The position numbers and the translations under genes are program-made. The notes below the pieces were generated by a model, which saw only the letters and a program-made list of their open reading frames with translations, was not told where the DNA came from and made no database searches. Below are positions 1-8,570 of a DNA stretch of 64,000 nt, piece after piece. Within the stretch, counting starts at the first letter, position 1. Each line of letters opens with the position of its first letter. The stretch is from a virus (Duplodnaviria > Caudoviricetes), in the IMG/VR virus record IMGVR_UViG_3300032272_000006, positions 1 through 64,000 of that record. One strand, given 5' to 3'.

Positions 1-11
1 ACGAGGCGAAC

Positions 12-311
12 GTGCCGCCTGGCGGTTCACGTTGGTTCGGAATGTTCTGGCGCGTCGAGGTATCGGGCCACCAGTCGCTCTTCATCACCAATGCTCAATC
101 AGCCGTCGAGCATCCCATCACCGGCGTGATCGCCGAGAACGGAGACATCATCTATTCGAGGTACCGGCATGACTATCGAGTGTCACCAGATGGGACGGCT
201 ATGGTCGATGGTGGGCGCGATTATTTTCGGACGGGTCCCGTTGGAATCGGCACCGTTACCTTGATGATCCAGGACGGTGAACTCGTGGAGGTGGATCGTG
301 CCTTACGGTAG
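12..311 (+). CDS. Hypothetical phage protein
   Basis: ORF with YSRYRHDY...VDGGRDY motif seen in small phage proteins; start uncertain. Confidence 0.6.
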   Translation: MPPGGSRWFGMFWRVEVSGHQSLFITNAQSAVEHPITGVIAENGDIIYSRYRHDYRVSPDGTAMVDGGRDYFRTGPVGIGTVTLMIQDGELVEVDRALR

Positions 312-465
312 TGGACATGACGAGGATAGGGTTCGAGCGCGCGCTCGCCTGCGACGACGCCTAGCATTTTTTAAGGTGTGGTACTGGATCAACTACCCGC
401 TGGAAATCATTAACTTACAACGGGTTAAGGACGAGATCGACCGCCTGGAGAAAGCGCTACCTTAA
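298..465 (+). CDS. Small hypothetical protein
   Basis: GTG at 298 preceded by GGAGG; overlaps upstream ORF end. Confidence 0.5.
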   Translation: MPYGSGHDEDRVRARARLRRRLAFFKVWYWINYPLEIINLQRVKDEIDRLEKALP

Positions 466-473
466 ACTGTTGT

Positions 474-502
474 TGCATGGCGAGTATAAGTCGCTTATAG
501 TT
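474..502 (+). promoter_or_regulatory. Sigma70-type promoter with operator TATAAGTCGCTTATA (485-499)
   Basis: TTGCAT-17 bp-TATAGT; inverted repeat overlaps spacer and -10. Confidence 0.75.
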
Positions 503-531
503 AAGGCATCAACGAAATAAAGGTGACTCAC

Positions 532-1044
532 ATGACTTCTCTAACAATTCGACTTGCCCTCTGGGAGGAATTTACAGGGCTCTATTTTTCCGAGCGCACG
601 TTCAAGATCCTAGAGACGTATGGCTTCGGTTTAGGCATGGGCATGGGGTTCGATCCTAGCTGGAACGGCCGCAAGTTGACGCTCGAATTCTGCAATCTCG
701 ACACCTGCAACCACGTTGTGGAAGCCCCTAGCGGTGAAGAACCTTACCGATGCCAATTCCGACTCTTACCTAAAACGGCGCGGTGCACTGTCTTCGAGGT
801 GGAAGCAACGCTGATAGACGAACGGCTCGAGTATGTATTGCCCGCCGATCATCTCCTACCGTGGCCCTACCTTCGCGAGTGCAAGGCTTTCGACAAACTC
901 GCGGTCGCACGTCGCGAGATAAAGACCCGCATCGCGTCGGCTGGGCGGCATAGTGCAACGTTCCGTCTGTCCGACATTCCGCGCGAATTCCAAGAGATCA
1001 TAACGGCTCAGGAACGCATGGAAATTTATAGGTCGGCACAATGA
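532..1044 (+). CDS. Hypothetical protein
   Basis: ORF downstream of promoter, AAGGTG RBS. Confidence 0.7.
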   Translation: MTSLTIRLALWEEFTGLYFSERTFKILETYGFGLGMGMGFDPSWNGRKLTLEFCNLDTCNHVVEAPSGEEPYRCQFRLLPKTARCTVFEVEATLIDERLEYVLPADHLLPWPYLRECKAFDKLAVARREIKTRIASAGRHSATFRLSDIPREFQEIITAQERMEIYRSAQ

Positions 1045-1090
1045 TCAAAACCAACCCGCTCATGTTGTGGGCGTACTAAAGGAGAAGACC

Positions 1091-1540
1091 ATGCCTCGAG
1101 TAACTCACGTCAAGAAAGCCAGGAAGCCGATCCCATCAATTGGGGTCGAGGTAGGAGATTCCTACTACTGGTGGCAGTTTGCTTTCTCGCCGCGTTCCGT
1201 GTCGAAGACGCCTCCGAAGCCGTGGCAGTTGACGCGGTCGCCGTTCATGCAGGAATTGCTCCAGCTCCAGGATGAGTTGGGATCGCTCGATCTCGATGGG
1301 GCCGAGGACTTTGCTCAGCGTGTCCGTGCCCTCGGTGAGGAACAGCAGGAGAAGCTCCAGAACATGCCCGACTCGTTGCAGTATGCACCATCCGGTGAAC
1401 TGCTCCAGGAACGCGAGGAGGCCATGACCGCATGGGCGGACGAGATTGACGAAATCTGGGGCCGTGCTGAGGACGATCTGTCCGAGGACGACCTCGAGGA
1501 ATTGGTCGAGGAGCTGCGCTCGTGTGAGGCTTCGCTATGA
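1091..1540 (+). CDS. Hypothetical phage protein, basic N-terminus and acidic helical C-terminus
   Basis: GGAG RBS, ATG 1091, coupled to next ORF. Confidence 0.8.
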   Translation: MPRVTHVKKARKPIPSIGVEVGDSYYWWQFAFSPRSVSKTPPKPWQLTRSPFMQELLQLQDELGSLDLDGAEDFAQRVRALGEEQQEKLQNMPDSLQYAPSGELLQEREEAMTAWADEIDEIWGRAEDDLSEDDLEELVEELRSCEASL

Positions 1541-1731
1541 AGTATTACCTTAAACAGGATCTGGTCATTCCTGCCGGGACTGAGATTACTGTTCCTCCCA
1601 CGGCATCAAGTCGTTGGGGCAAGGATCATGAGGCAGTGGTTCATCTTCATAAGGACCTTGCTGGCTATCTTTCAATGGACATTCGTGAGGCGACCTTCTT
1701 GGGTATCGTCCGCGCAGAAAAGGAGAGTTGA
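1537..1731 (+). CDS. Hypothetical protein
   Basis: ATGA overlap coupling. Confidence 0.65.
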   Translation: MKYYLKQDLVIPAGTEITVPPTASSRWGKDHEAVVHLHKDLAGYLSMDIREATFLGIVRAEKES

Positions 1732-2024
1732 TCATGGCTTGGTATTGGATTGTTGCGATTGCGTGGGCGGTGGGCACCGTCGCCTTTGTTGCTGGTGCGT
1801 ATTGGGCGGGCAGTCGTCGTCCGCGCCAGGAATGGCAGCATTCGTTCCTGACTGGGATGATGGCGATCTTCCATGAAGGTGAGATTGCCCGGGCGCGTTG
1901 TTTCCTGATGAAGGAGAACCCATACGTTCACGGGACGCCGGAATGGCGGTCGTGGAATTTCGGATGGGCGTGGGTTGACAGTCGGACAAAGGACGACTCG
2001 CCTTATCCGCCGATCAAAGCTTAG
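1728..2024 (+). CDS. Small membrane-anchored hypothetical protein
   Basis: N-terminal hydrophobic helix; overlap coupling. Confidence 0.65.
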   Translation: MIMAWYWIVAIAWAVGTVAFVAGAYWAGSRRPRQEWQHSFLTGMMAIFHEGEIARARCFLMKENPYVHGTPEWRSWNFGWAWVDSRTKDDSPYPPIKA

Positions 2025-2030
2025 GTCAAT

Positions 2031-2195
2031 CTCTCGCTATAACGTGTGATCATGATCAACGAGTTGAGCAATTGTTCACTTCGTGGTCATGCGGTCAATG
2101 CGGTGCAGTATTAGCAAATCGTTGTTTTCTTTGTGACTTTGCTGGATTCATATCACCGCAAACTAAACCGCATCACGATCACACGTTATAGAGAG
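2031..2195. repeat. Composite inverted-repeat element, copy 1
   Basis: Perfect 15-bp IR CTATAACGTGTGATC (2037-2051) / GATCACACGTTATAG (2177-2191); inner ATGCGGT x2 vs ACCGCA x2; blocks shared with 45599-45757. Confidence 0.85.
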
Positions 2196-2245
2196 CAGGA
2201 TAGTAAGGTATTGAGAACTGGGATTTCCCGAAGAACGGACGCCAA

Positions 2246-2275
2246 TTGACAATCCGCCGCCTCTCCTGATATAAC
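2246..2275 (+). promoter_or_regulatory. Promoter of packaging operon
   Basis: TTGACA-18 bp-TATAAC upstream of terS. Confidence 0.65.
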
Positions 2276-2309
2276 TCACTTAGGTAAATTATTCAGGTAG
2301 AGAGATCCA

Positions 2310-2753
2310 ATGCCCGTCGCGAACAAGAAACCAAAGCCCGAAAAGCAGAAGAACGGTCAGCCAAAAAAGGCCTCAGGACCGCACACTGATGCCGAGGCTC
2401 CGATTTCCCGCGATGAAAAGCCCCTTGCCAAGGACGGCAGTCGGCGTGGGCGGATCCCAGGTTCGAAGAACAAGGCAGCGCAGCTTCTCGAAGACGCCCA
2501 GAAGCTGATTGAGGAGAAACTAGGTGTCGTCAACTTCCATCCCGTGACCTATATGCTCCTGGTCGCGGCTGACGAGGAGAAGGACGACAACCTGCGCATG
2601 ACTGCCGCTGGTAAGGCGGCTCCTTACGTTGCGCAGCAGCTCAAGGCCGTCGAACTCACGGGCGACGACGGCGGACCCGTTCAGGTCGAACTCACCGACG
2701 CGAAGGCACGTCTGGCACAGATGGCGGGCCTCGACGTTGATTCCGAGAAGTGA
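2310..2753 (+). CDS. terS: Terminase small subunit (probable)
   Basis: RRGRIPGSKNK AT-hook-like motif, C-terminal ELTGDDGGP typical of TerS, upstream of terL. Confidence 0.75.
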   Translation: MPVANKKPKPEKQKNGQPKKASGPHTDAEAPISRDEKPLAKDGSRRGRIPGSKNKAAQLLEDAQKLIEEKLGVVNFHPVTYMLLVAADEEKDDNLRMTAAGKAAPYVAQQLKAVELTGDDGGPVQVELTDAKARLAQMAGLDVDSEK

Positions 2754-2953
2754 CCGGCTTCGGCCTTGGGTTGGGTATCGGCATAGGCCCCTTACTTAGA
2801 GCCCTTAAACCTGATCCCGCTGAGGTCCTATTCCTGTACCAAGGCAAGCCTATCACCCGGGAGTTGTTTAAGATCCTGGTTCGATATAGAATCGCCCGTA
2901 TAGCCGGAATAGTCCCGGCTTGCATTTTGCCACAAGTCGTCTGCATAAGGTAG
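2750..2953 (+). CDS. Small protein with head-fiber-like MTGFGLGLGIG N-terminus
   Basis: GTGA overlap with terS stop; N-terminus matches that of 43995-45269. Confidence 0.45.
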   Translation: MTGFGLGLGIGIGPLLRALKPDPAEVLFLYQGKPITRELFKILVRYRIARIAGIVPACILPQVVCIR

Positions 2954-2963
2954 GAGAACCATC

Positions 2964-3113
2964 ATGACCTTTCGCCAAATCATTCAGGGCTTTATCCGCA
3001 CTTTCATCCTCACTTCCATCTCGAACGCGCTGGTCACCGACATTGCGACCAACGGCCTCACGCCGGCGGACGAGGTGATCATTGATGCCTTCCTCGATCA
3101 GACAGCACCGTAA
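2964..3113 (+). CDS. 49-aa hypothetical protein (not in ORF track)
   Basis: AGGAG RBS, ATG 2964, TAA 3111-3113; MTFRQIIQGFIRTFILTS... Confidence 0.6.
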   Translation: MTFRQIIQGFIRTFILTSISNALVTDIATNGLTPADEVIIDAFLDQTAP

Positions 3114-3122
3114 GGACGACTC

Positions 3123-3728
3123 ATGGATCTCGGACGCATCGTAGGACCGAACAATGAGGATGGGCACCGACCCGTCCTCGTTGACGGTGAGCTCTTGGGC
3201 GCTCATGGGGCCCTTGTGGTTATCGGCGTTGAGCATTACCGCATCCATCAGCACCAGGTGTTCACGGTATCGGCAATCTCGGAAGGCGTTGTAGACGACG
3301 CTTCAGTAGAGGTCCTCATCCGTGTTCCTTCGGGGTACGACTGCCATATAGACATCACAGGTACGGCGTCCCATGATGCCTTCGGGTACATCTTCGACAC
3401 GCCCACAGTGACAGCGGACGGCACCCCACTAACACCTCACAACCATTCCCGAAACGTTCCCGAGGGAACTCCCGCCTCGGCAGTCAGCATCTTCAACGCG
3501 CCCACAATCTCAGACGCCGGTACTGAGATTTTCGCGACGTACCTACCCGGTGGGCAGAAGAACCAAGCCACGGGCGGCTCGGCGACTGGTGCGGGAGAGT
3601 GGAACCTTCATGCAGGCGACTACCTCCTTCGGTTTACGAATAAAGGTGGGCAAGCCGCGATCATGAGCATGACCCTTTGGTGGTACGAAGGCCTCGAAGA
3701 GAATCCGCTGGATCAAGGTGGCGGCTGA
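3123..3728 (+). CDS. Hypothetical beta-rich protein, possibly virion-associated
   Basis: 201-aa ORF, genome-typical codon use, RBS. Confidence 0.7.
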   Translation: MDLGRIVGPNNEDGHRPVLVDGELLGAHGALVVIGVEHYRIHQHQVFTVSAISEGVVDDASVEVLIRVPSGYDCHIDITGTASHDAFGYIFDTPTVTADGTPLTPHNHSRNVPEGTPASAVSIFNAPTISDAGTEIFATYLPGGQKNQATGGSATGAGEWNLHAGDYLLRFTNKGGQAAIMSMTLWWYEGLEENPLDQGGG

Positions 3729-5070
3729 AGTGACTGAACGCATCACCATGGACGTCCTCAGGTCCTTAGCCAAGGCCGACGCGAAGGAATGGCTTGACTC
3801 ACTCACCCAGGACGAAGTAGAAGCCTTGTTCAAGGACTGGTCGTTCATGGCACGCGGTGAGCAGTTAGCCCCTGCAGGAGACTGGGCGAATTGGATTTAC
3901 TTGGCAGGCCGTGGCGCGGGCAAGACGCGCACAGGAGCGGAGTGGGTACGGTCACAGGTCAAGCAAGGGTTCATGCGCGGAGGCCTCATTGCTCCGACGG
4001 CAGGCGACGTTCGAGACGTCATGGTGGAGGGCGAGTCGGGCATCTTGGCTATATCGTTCGCCAATGACCTCGACGACAAGGGCCGAGTCATGGGCAAGCC
4101 CCTCTACGAGCCGTCGAAGAGGCGCCTTACCTGGATGAACGGTGCACAGTGCGCCCTATACTCAGCAGACGAGCCGGAACGTCTTCGTGGTCCCCAGCAC
4201 GAGTACCTTTGGGCGGATGAGCTATGCGCTTGGCGTCGTCCTGAGACATGGGACCTTGCCATGTTCGGTTTGCGCCTGGGCAAGAATCCTCAATCGTTCA
4301 TCTCGACGACACCGAAACCCAAGAAGATCATCATCGACCTTATGAAGGATCCGTCCACCGTGACGACGCGCGGGACGACCTACGACAACCGAGCCAACCT
4401 CGCAGGCAAGTTCTTCGATCAGGTGGTGAAGAAGTACGAAGGCACTCGCCTCGGTAAGCAGGAACTGATGGGCATCTTGCTCGAGGAAGCGGAAGGCGCC
4501 TTGTGGTCGAGGCCCAATCTCGACGAAACCCGTTTAAACAAGCTCCCAGGAGGTGGCTTCTACTTCAAGCGCATTGCGGTCGCCGTAGACCCCGCGATCA
4601 CAGCCAAGAGCACCTCGGATGAGACAGGCATCACCGTTGCAGGCCTCGGCTCAGACGACCATGGCTACGTCCTCGCGGATTACTCGGGACGATACAGTCC
4701 CGCGGATTGGGCGAAGAAGGTAGACATGGCCTGGAAGATGTGGCAGGCGGACGTCGTCATTGCGGAAGGCAATCAGGGCGGGGAGATGGTCAAGCATACG
4801 ATCCAGACCCAGAATAAGAACATCAACGTCCAGATCGTCCACGCCTCACGAGGCAAAGCAGCACGGGCCGAGCCGGTCGCGGCCTTGTTCGAACAAAAGC
4901 GTTGCCACCTCGTTGGGAACTTTAACGAGATGGAGGACCAGCTCTGCGTCTGGGAGCCTTTGTCAGGTGACGAGTCGCCCGACCGCCTCGATTCCGTGGT
5001 ATGGGGCCTGACCGCGTTGATGATCGGCAAGGGTGAAGTCGGTCAAGGTGTGATCAAAGGAGCCTACTGA
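3718..5070 (+). CDS. terL: Terminase large subunit
   Basis: Walker A GRGAGKT, Walker B WADE, nuclease VAVDPA...DETGI and DRLDS motifs. Confidence 0.95.
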   Translation: MAAEVTERITMDVLRSLAKADAKEWLDSLTQDEVEALFKDWSFMARGEQLAPAGDWANWIYLAGRGAGKTRTGAEWVRSQVKQGFMRGGLIAPTAGDVRDVMVEGESGILAISFANDLDDKGRVMGKPLYEPSKRRLTWMNGAQCALYSADEPERLRGPQHEYLWADELCAWRRPETWDLAMFGLRLGKNPQSFISTTPKPKKIIIDLMKDPSTVTTRGTTYDNRANLAGKFFDQVVKKYEGTRLGKQELMGILLEEAEGALWSRPNLDETRLNKLPGGGFYFKRIAVAVDPAITAKSTSDETGITVAGLGSDDHGYVLADYSGRYSPADWAKKVDMAWKMWQADVVIAEGNQGGEMVKHTIQTQNKNINVQIVHASRGKAARAEPVAALFEQKRCHLVGNFNEMEDQLCVWEPLSGDESPDRLDSVVWGLTALMIGKGEVGQGVIKGAY

Positions 5071-5175
5071 GACCTAGGAACGAAATCGACATCCACGACA
5101 CCAGTCGCTATAGTGGTCGTGAGGTGACCGGCGCAAGCGCAGGACTTCATAGGGCCTCCGATCAAGGAGGTAACC

Positions 5176-5589
5176 ATGAGGACCAGAGCGGAGCGTCGGT
5201 CACCTGACCCGCAACGAATTAACCCGGAGCCCGATATGCCCAAACACTTCGACATGATCACAGCCGGTGGATACTTTCCAGCATCCGGCAAGAACACGAT
5301 CCGCAAGGTAGCGGGCAAGTATGCCGGCATGAAGCCGGGCGACACCGTGACCATGACCTACTGCGACCGCGTCGAGAACGGTATTGCAGTCGATCAATTC
5401 GCGATTGAGGAACTGACCGTCGCAGCAGTCGCCCATGCCTCATTCAATCGCATCATTGCCCTGCACGTCGAAGAGAACCACGCGGTCGGGTGTGGGCACA
5501 GCGAGTCATCCATCCTCGACCTCCTGACTGATATCTACGACGTTCAGGACGGCGACGAGGAACAGTTTCTGGCGATCTATTTCGCCTGA
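5176..5589 (+). CDS. ASCH/PUA-like domain protein
   Basis: GKNTIRK...KPGDTV motif resembling ASCH GxKxxT/ExR; two possible starts (5176, 5236). Confidence 0.6.
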   Translation: MRTRAERRSPDPQRINPEPDMPKHFDMITAGGYFPASGKNTIRKVAGKYAGMKPGDTVTMTYCDRVENGIAVDQFAIEELTVAAVAHASFNRIIALHVEENHAVGCGHSESSILDLLTDIYDVQDGDEEQFLAIYFA

Positions 5590-5597
5590 CCCAGGTT

Positions 5598-5693
5598 CGG
5601 GTTCCCTAGCTTTGAGGCGACTCATACTCGCCTCTCGGTTGTCCCACGCCTTGAGCAAGCAGGGACGGCAACGCTCAGGCGCTTAGGGGCCCG
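5598..5693 (+). ncRNA. Candidate structured RNA upstream of tRNA
   Basis: Closing stem 5598-5610/5681-5693, hairpin GAGGCGA-CTCATAC-TCGCCTC, further stems 5647-5656/5673-5681 and 5638-5645/5662-5672. Confidence 0.35.
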
Positions 5694-5709
5694 GCACGCT
5701 TTCAACAGC

Positions 5710-5785
5710 CGAGGAGTAGCTCAGCAGGTAGAGCACTTGGTCGATAACCGAGCGGTCGCGGGTTCGAGTCCCGCCTCCTCAACCA
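5710..5785 (+). tRNA. tRNA-Ile(GAT), atypical (C1:A72 mismatch, C33)
   Basis: 76-nt cloverleaf: GCTC/GAGC D stem, CTTGG-TCGATAA-CCGAG anticodon arm, GCGGG-TTCGAGT-CCCGC T arm, encoded CCA. Confidence 0.9.
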
Positions 5786-5800
5786 CGAAGGAAACGAAAG

Positions 5801-6040
5801 ATGGACGCCGACCAAAATGAAGAAATAAGCGCCAAGATCGGGCTCAAGTTCGACGCCCTTAACTCTGAGCTGAAGCACACCGAGCAACGTCGAGTCATTG
5901 CCCAAGGCAAATCCGACACCTACAAGCTGGAGCTCCAGTCCTTGCGCAAGGCGCGTGAGAAGGGCCGACGCGCGAACCGCAAGCTGCGGGATCAGATCAC
6001 CGAACTCGAGGCGAAGCTGTACCGCCTCACGAACCGCTGA
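5801..6040 (+). CDS. Coiled-coil hypothetical protein
   Basis: AAGGA RBS, helical heptad pattern. Confidence 0.7.
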   Translation: MDADQNEEISAKIGLKFDALNSELKHTEQRRVIAQGKSDTYKLELQSLRKAREKGRRANRKLRDQITELEAKLYRLTNR

Positions 6041-6041
6041 C

Positions 6042-6398
6042 ATGAGAGAATGGATCGGAGTAGACCTCGACGGCACCCTTGCCCAATACGACGGATGGAA
6101 GGGCCCTGAGCATATCGGCCCGCCCATACCCAAGATGGTCGAACGTGTCAAGCGCTGGCTTGCTGCTGACGAGTACGCGGTAAAGATCTTCACCGCCCGG
6201 GTATCGTGTCGGGATGACGAAGAGCTCTTCCGGGTTCACTGCGCCATTCAACGATGGCTCTTCGAGCACATAGGGCAGGAGTTGGAGGTGACGTGCACCA
6301 AGGACTATGCCATGGCTGAGTTGTGGGACGACCGGGTTGTCCAGGTGACCCCGAACACGGGCGAGCCTGTGGGCACGAGCAGGCGCGGCCTGTCTTGA
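6042..6398 (+). CDS. HAD-superfamily phosphatase-like protein
   Basis: N-terminal GVDLDGTLA motif, WDDR motif. Confidence 0.8.
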   Translation: MREWIGVDLDGTLAQYDGWKGPEHIGPPIPKMVERVKRWLAADEYAVKIFTARVSCRDDEELFRVHCAIQRWLFEHIGQELEVTCTKDYAMAELWDDRVVQVTPNTGEPVGTSRRGLS

Positions 6399-6425
6399 CA
6401 CTTTCTTAATACCTTGGGCCCATGA
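6395..6425 (+). promoter_or_regulatory. Promoter with CtrA-like site TTGA-N7-TTAA
   Basis: TTGACACTTTCTTAATACCTT resembles early-promoter family. Confidence 0.45.
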
Positions 6426-6458
6426 TGATGGCTCCGAAACCAACGAAAGCTGCTTACC

Positions 6459-6797
6459 ATGTCCGTTAACTTCTTCGCCGACAAAATCCTGATCCTCGAC
6501 GCCGACGCGATAATCCATGGGCACGAAGGAAAAGTCTACAACAACGTTGACTACCCGAAAGACACTGTGCTATGCACCGACGCCGATGGGAATGTCTACC
6601 GCTACGACATGCCGAAGGATGCCTCCCGCGACGTTTACACCTGGCCCAAACGTGAGGACAAAGGTATTCCATTGTTCCGCAACTACTGGACGTATATCTA
6701 CACGGGCCCACGTTCTACCCTTGGGCCTTACTTCCTCGCCATCGAAGACGCTCCCAAGACGACCATCATCCCGCCGATAGGGACCAACGAACTATGA
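6459..6797 (+). CDS. Hypothetical protein
   Basis: 112-aa ORF, coupled to next. Confidence 0.65.
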   Translation: MSVNFFADKILILDADAIIHGHEGKVYNNVDYPKDTVLCTDADGNVYRYDMPKDASRDVYTWPKREDKGIPLFRNYWTYIYTGPRSTLGPYFLAIEDAPKTTIIPPIGTNEL

Positions 6798-7015
6798 GGA
6801 TCCTGCGATCAATCAAAAGAGGCATGGGTTACGTCCCGGGGTATGGAGAACATCCCGGGACGCCTATCTTGATCATGTTCGGATTTCTCGGTGGCATAGC
6901 AGGTGCAATGTCGCACGGATTCTGGGGCATGCTATCAGGTGCGGCTTTGTTCCTCGGCGTCATGGGCATTCCATACCTTATAGGCGCCTATGAGCGAGGC
7001 AACGGGACAGAGTAG
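6794..7015 (+). CDS. Small membrane protein
   Basis: Two Gly-rich hydrophobic segments. Confidence 0.7.
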   Translation: MRILRSIKRGMGYVPGYGEHPGTPILIMFGFLGGIAGAMSHGFWGMLSGAALFLGVMGIPYLIGAYERGNGTE

Positions 7016-7034
7016 CATAACCTCGACTTCACTG

Positions 7035-7069
7035 TTGCGGAATGGGCGTCAATCAGTTATGATTGGCGC
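7035..7069 (+). promoter_or_regulatory. Portal promoter with overlapping imperfect inverted repeat
   Basis: TTGCGG-17-TATGAT; GCGTCAATCA-gtta-TGATTGGCGC. Confidence 0.6.
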
Positions 7070-7099
7070 TCAATTCGTTTAAACGTAGGCCCGAGGATC

Positions 7100-8569
7100 A
7101 TGAGCGGACAGATCAACATTACCGACTGGCATTCTGACTACGCCCATCGAACGGCACAGTGGGCGAAGATCCGAGACGTCATTGACGGCGAGGACAAGGT
7201 CAAGGACCAGGGCGCAACGTACCTGCCCAAGCCCTCAGGCATGGCGGACGCCAATCAGTATTCCGCATACAAGACCCGCACCTCCTTCTTCCCAGTTGCA
7301 GAACGAACCATGCGCGGCCTGTCCGGCATGGTCTTTCGTCATGAGCCAGTCCTTGAGATTCCCAATCGAATGGAACCGATGCGCGAGAGCCTGTCAACCG
7401 ATGGGTACTCGTTCGAGGTTCTTGCGGAAGAGGTCGTGCGCGAGGTGTTGACCATCGGACGCTATGGCATCCTGGTCGACTTCCCAGTTCACAATACCTC
7501 CAGCACGGCAATGCCGCATTTTGCCACCTACTTCGCGGAAGACATCATCAATTGGGAGCAGGCTTTCGTCGAAGGCAAGAAGGTCTTGACCCGGATCGTC
7601 CTGCGTGACGACATAGACAACACGTTCGGCGACGACACTGTCCAGTACCTCGAGTTGATCCTCAACGAGGATCTCCAGTACGAGGTTCGCAAGTGGCAAG
7701 TGCAAGTTTCCGAAGGCGGCGCGGTCGGAGAGATCGGAACGACCAAAACCTTTATCATGACCGCGCAGTTCGTGCCCACCGTCAACGGAGCCCCGCTCAG
7801 TCGGATCCCATTCGTCTTCATCAATACCTTTGACATGCGCCCAGACATCGAGAAGCCGCCTTTTCTTGATCTCGTCAACGTCAACCTGGGTCACTATCGC
7901 AATTCCGCTGACTACGAGCATGCGCTGTACCTCACGGCACAGCCGACGCCGTGGATCGCCGGACAGCTTGACGCCGGGAACAAACCCAACACGATTGGGT
8001 CCGGCACGATCTGGTATCTGCCGCAGGACACGCAAGTCGGCATGCTTGAATTCCAAGGAGCCGGTGTAGGCGCTCAGCGCCAAGCCATGATCGACAAAGA
8101 AGATCGGATGGCCTCACTCGGTGCCCGTATGATCAAGGATCAGGCCCGGGGCAACGAGACGGCCGAGACAGCACGCCTGCACGGGCGCGGAGAGACGTCG
8201 CTCTTGACCAACGCCGTGAATATGGCACAGGCAGGCATGGAGAAAGCCTTCCGCATCGCATCCGAATGGGTTTCTACCAACCCTGACGACGTGACGGTCA
8301 AGCTAAATAAGGACTTCATCGAGACACGCATGAGTTCCGAGGAGCTGGGCGCAATCGTGAAAGCATGGCAGGGCGGCGCAATCAGCCGGACGACGATGCA
8401 CGAGAATCTCCAGACAGGCGAGATCATGCCGCCTGACCGCACGGTCGAAGAAGAAGAGGACATGATCGAAGAAGAAGGTGGCGGTCTGCTCAATGAGTTG
8501 ATCCCACCCGCGCCCGCTGCGGCACCTGCGCCTGGAGCGGAACCTGGAGCAGGAACTGAGGAGACATAA
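7100..8569 (+). CDS. Portal protein (DUF4055-type)
   Basis: YLPKP, KPPFLDLVNVNLGHYRNSADYE motifs; 489 aa; follows terL. Confidence 0.9.
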   Translation: MSGQINITDWHSDYAHRTAQWAKIRDVIDGEDKVKDQGATYLPKPSGMADANQYSAYKTRTSFFPVAERTMRGLSGMVFRHEPVLEIPNRMEPMRESLSTDGYSFEVLAEEVVREVLTIGRYGILVDFPVHNTSSTAMPHFATYFAEDIINWEQAFVEGKKVLTRIVLRDDIDNTFGDDTVQYLELILNEDLQYEVRKWQVQVSEGGAVGEIGTTKTFIMTAQFVPTVNGAPLSRIPFVFINTFDMRPDIEKPPFLDLVNVNLGHYRNSADYEHALYLTAQPTPWIAGQLDAGNKPNTIGSGTIWYLPQDTQVGMLEFQGAGVGAQRQAMIDKEDRMASLGARMIKDQARGNETAETARLHGRGETSLLTNAVNMAQAGMEKAFRIASEWVSTNPDDVTVKLNKDFIETRMSSEELGAIVKAWQGGAISRTTMHENLQTGEIMPPDRTVEEEEDMIEEEGGGLLNELIPPAPAAAPAPGAEPGAGTEET

Positions 8570-8570
8570 G

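Noticed and set aside
5710-5785. Alternative anticodon register (CGA, Ser) or suppressor tRNA / recoded genome
   Set aside because: The shifted stem does not pair and there is no long variable arm; genes read normally in the standard code.
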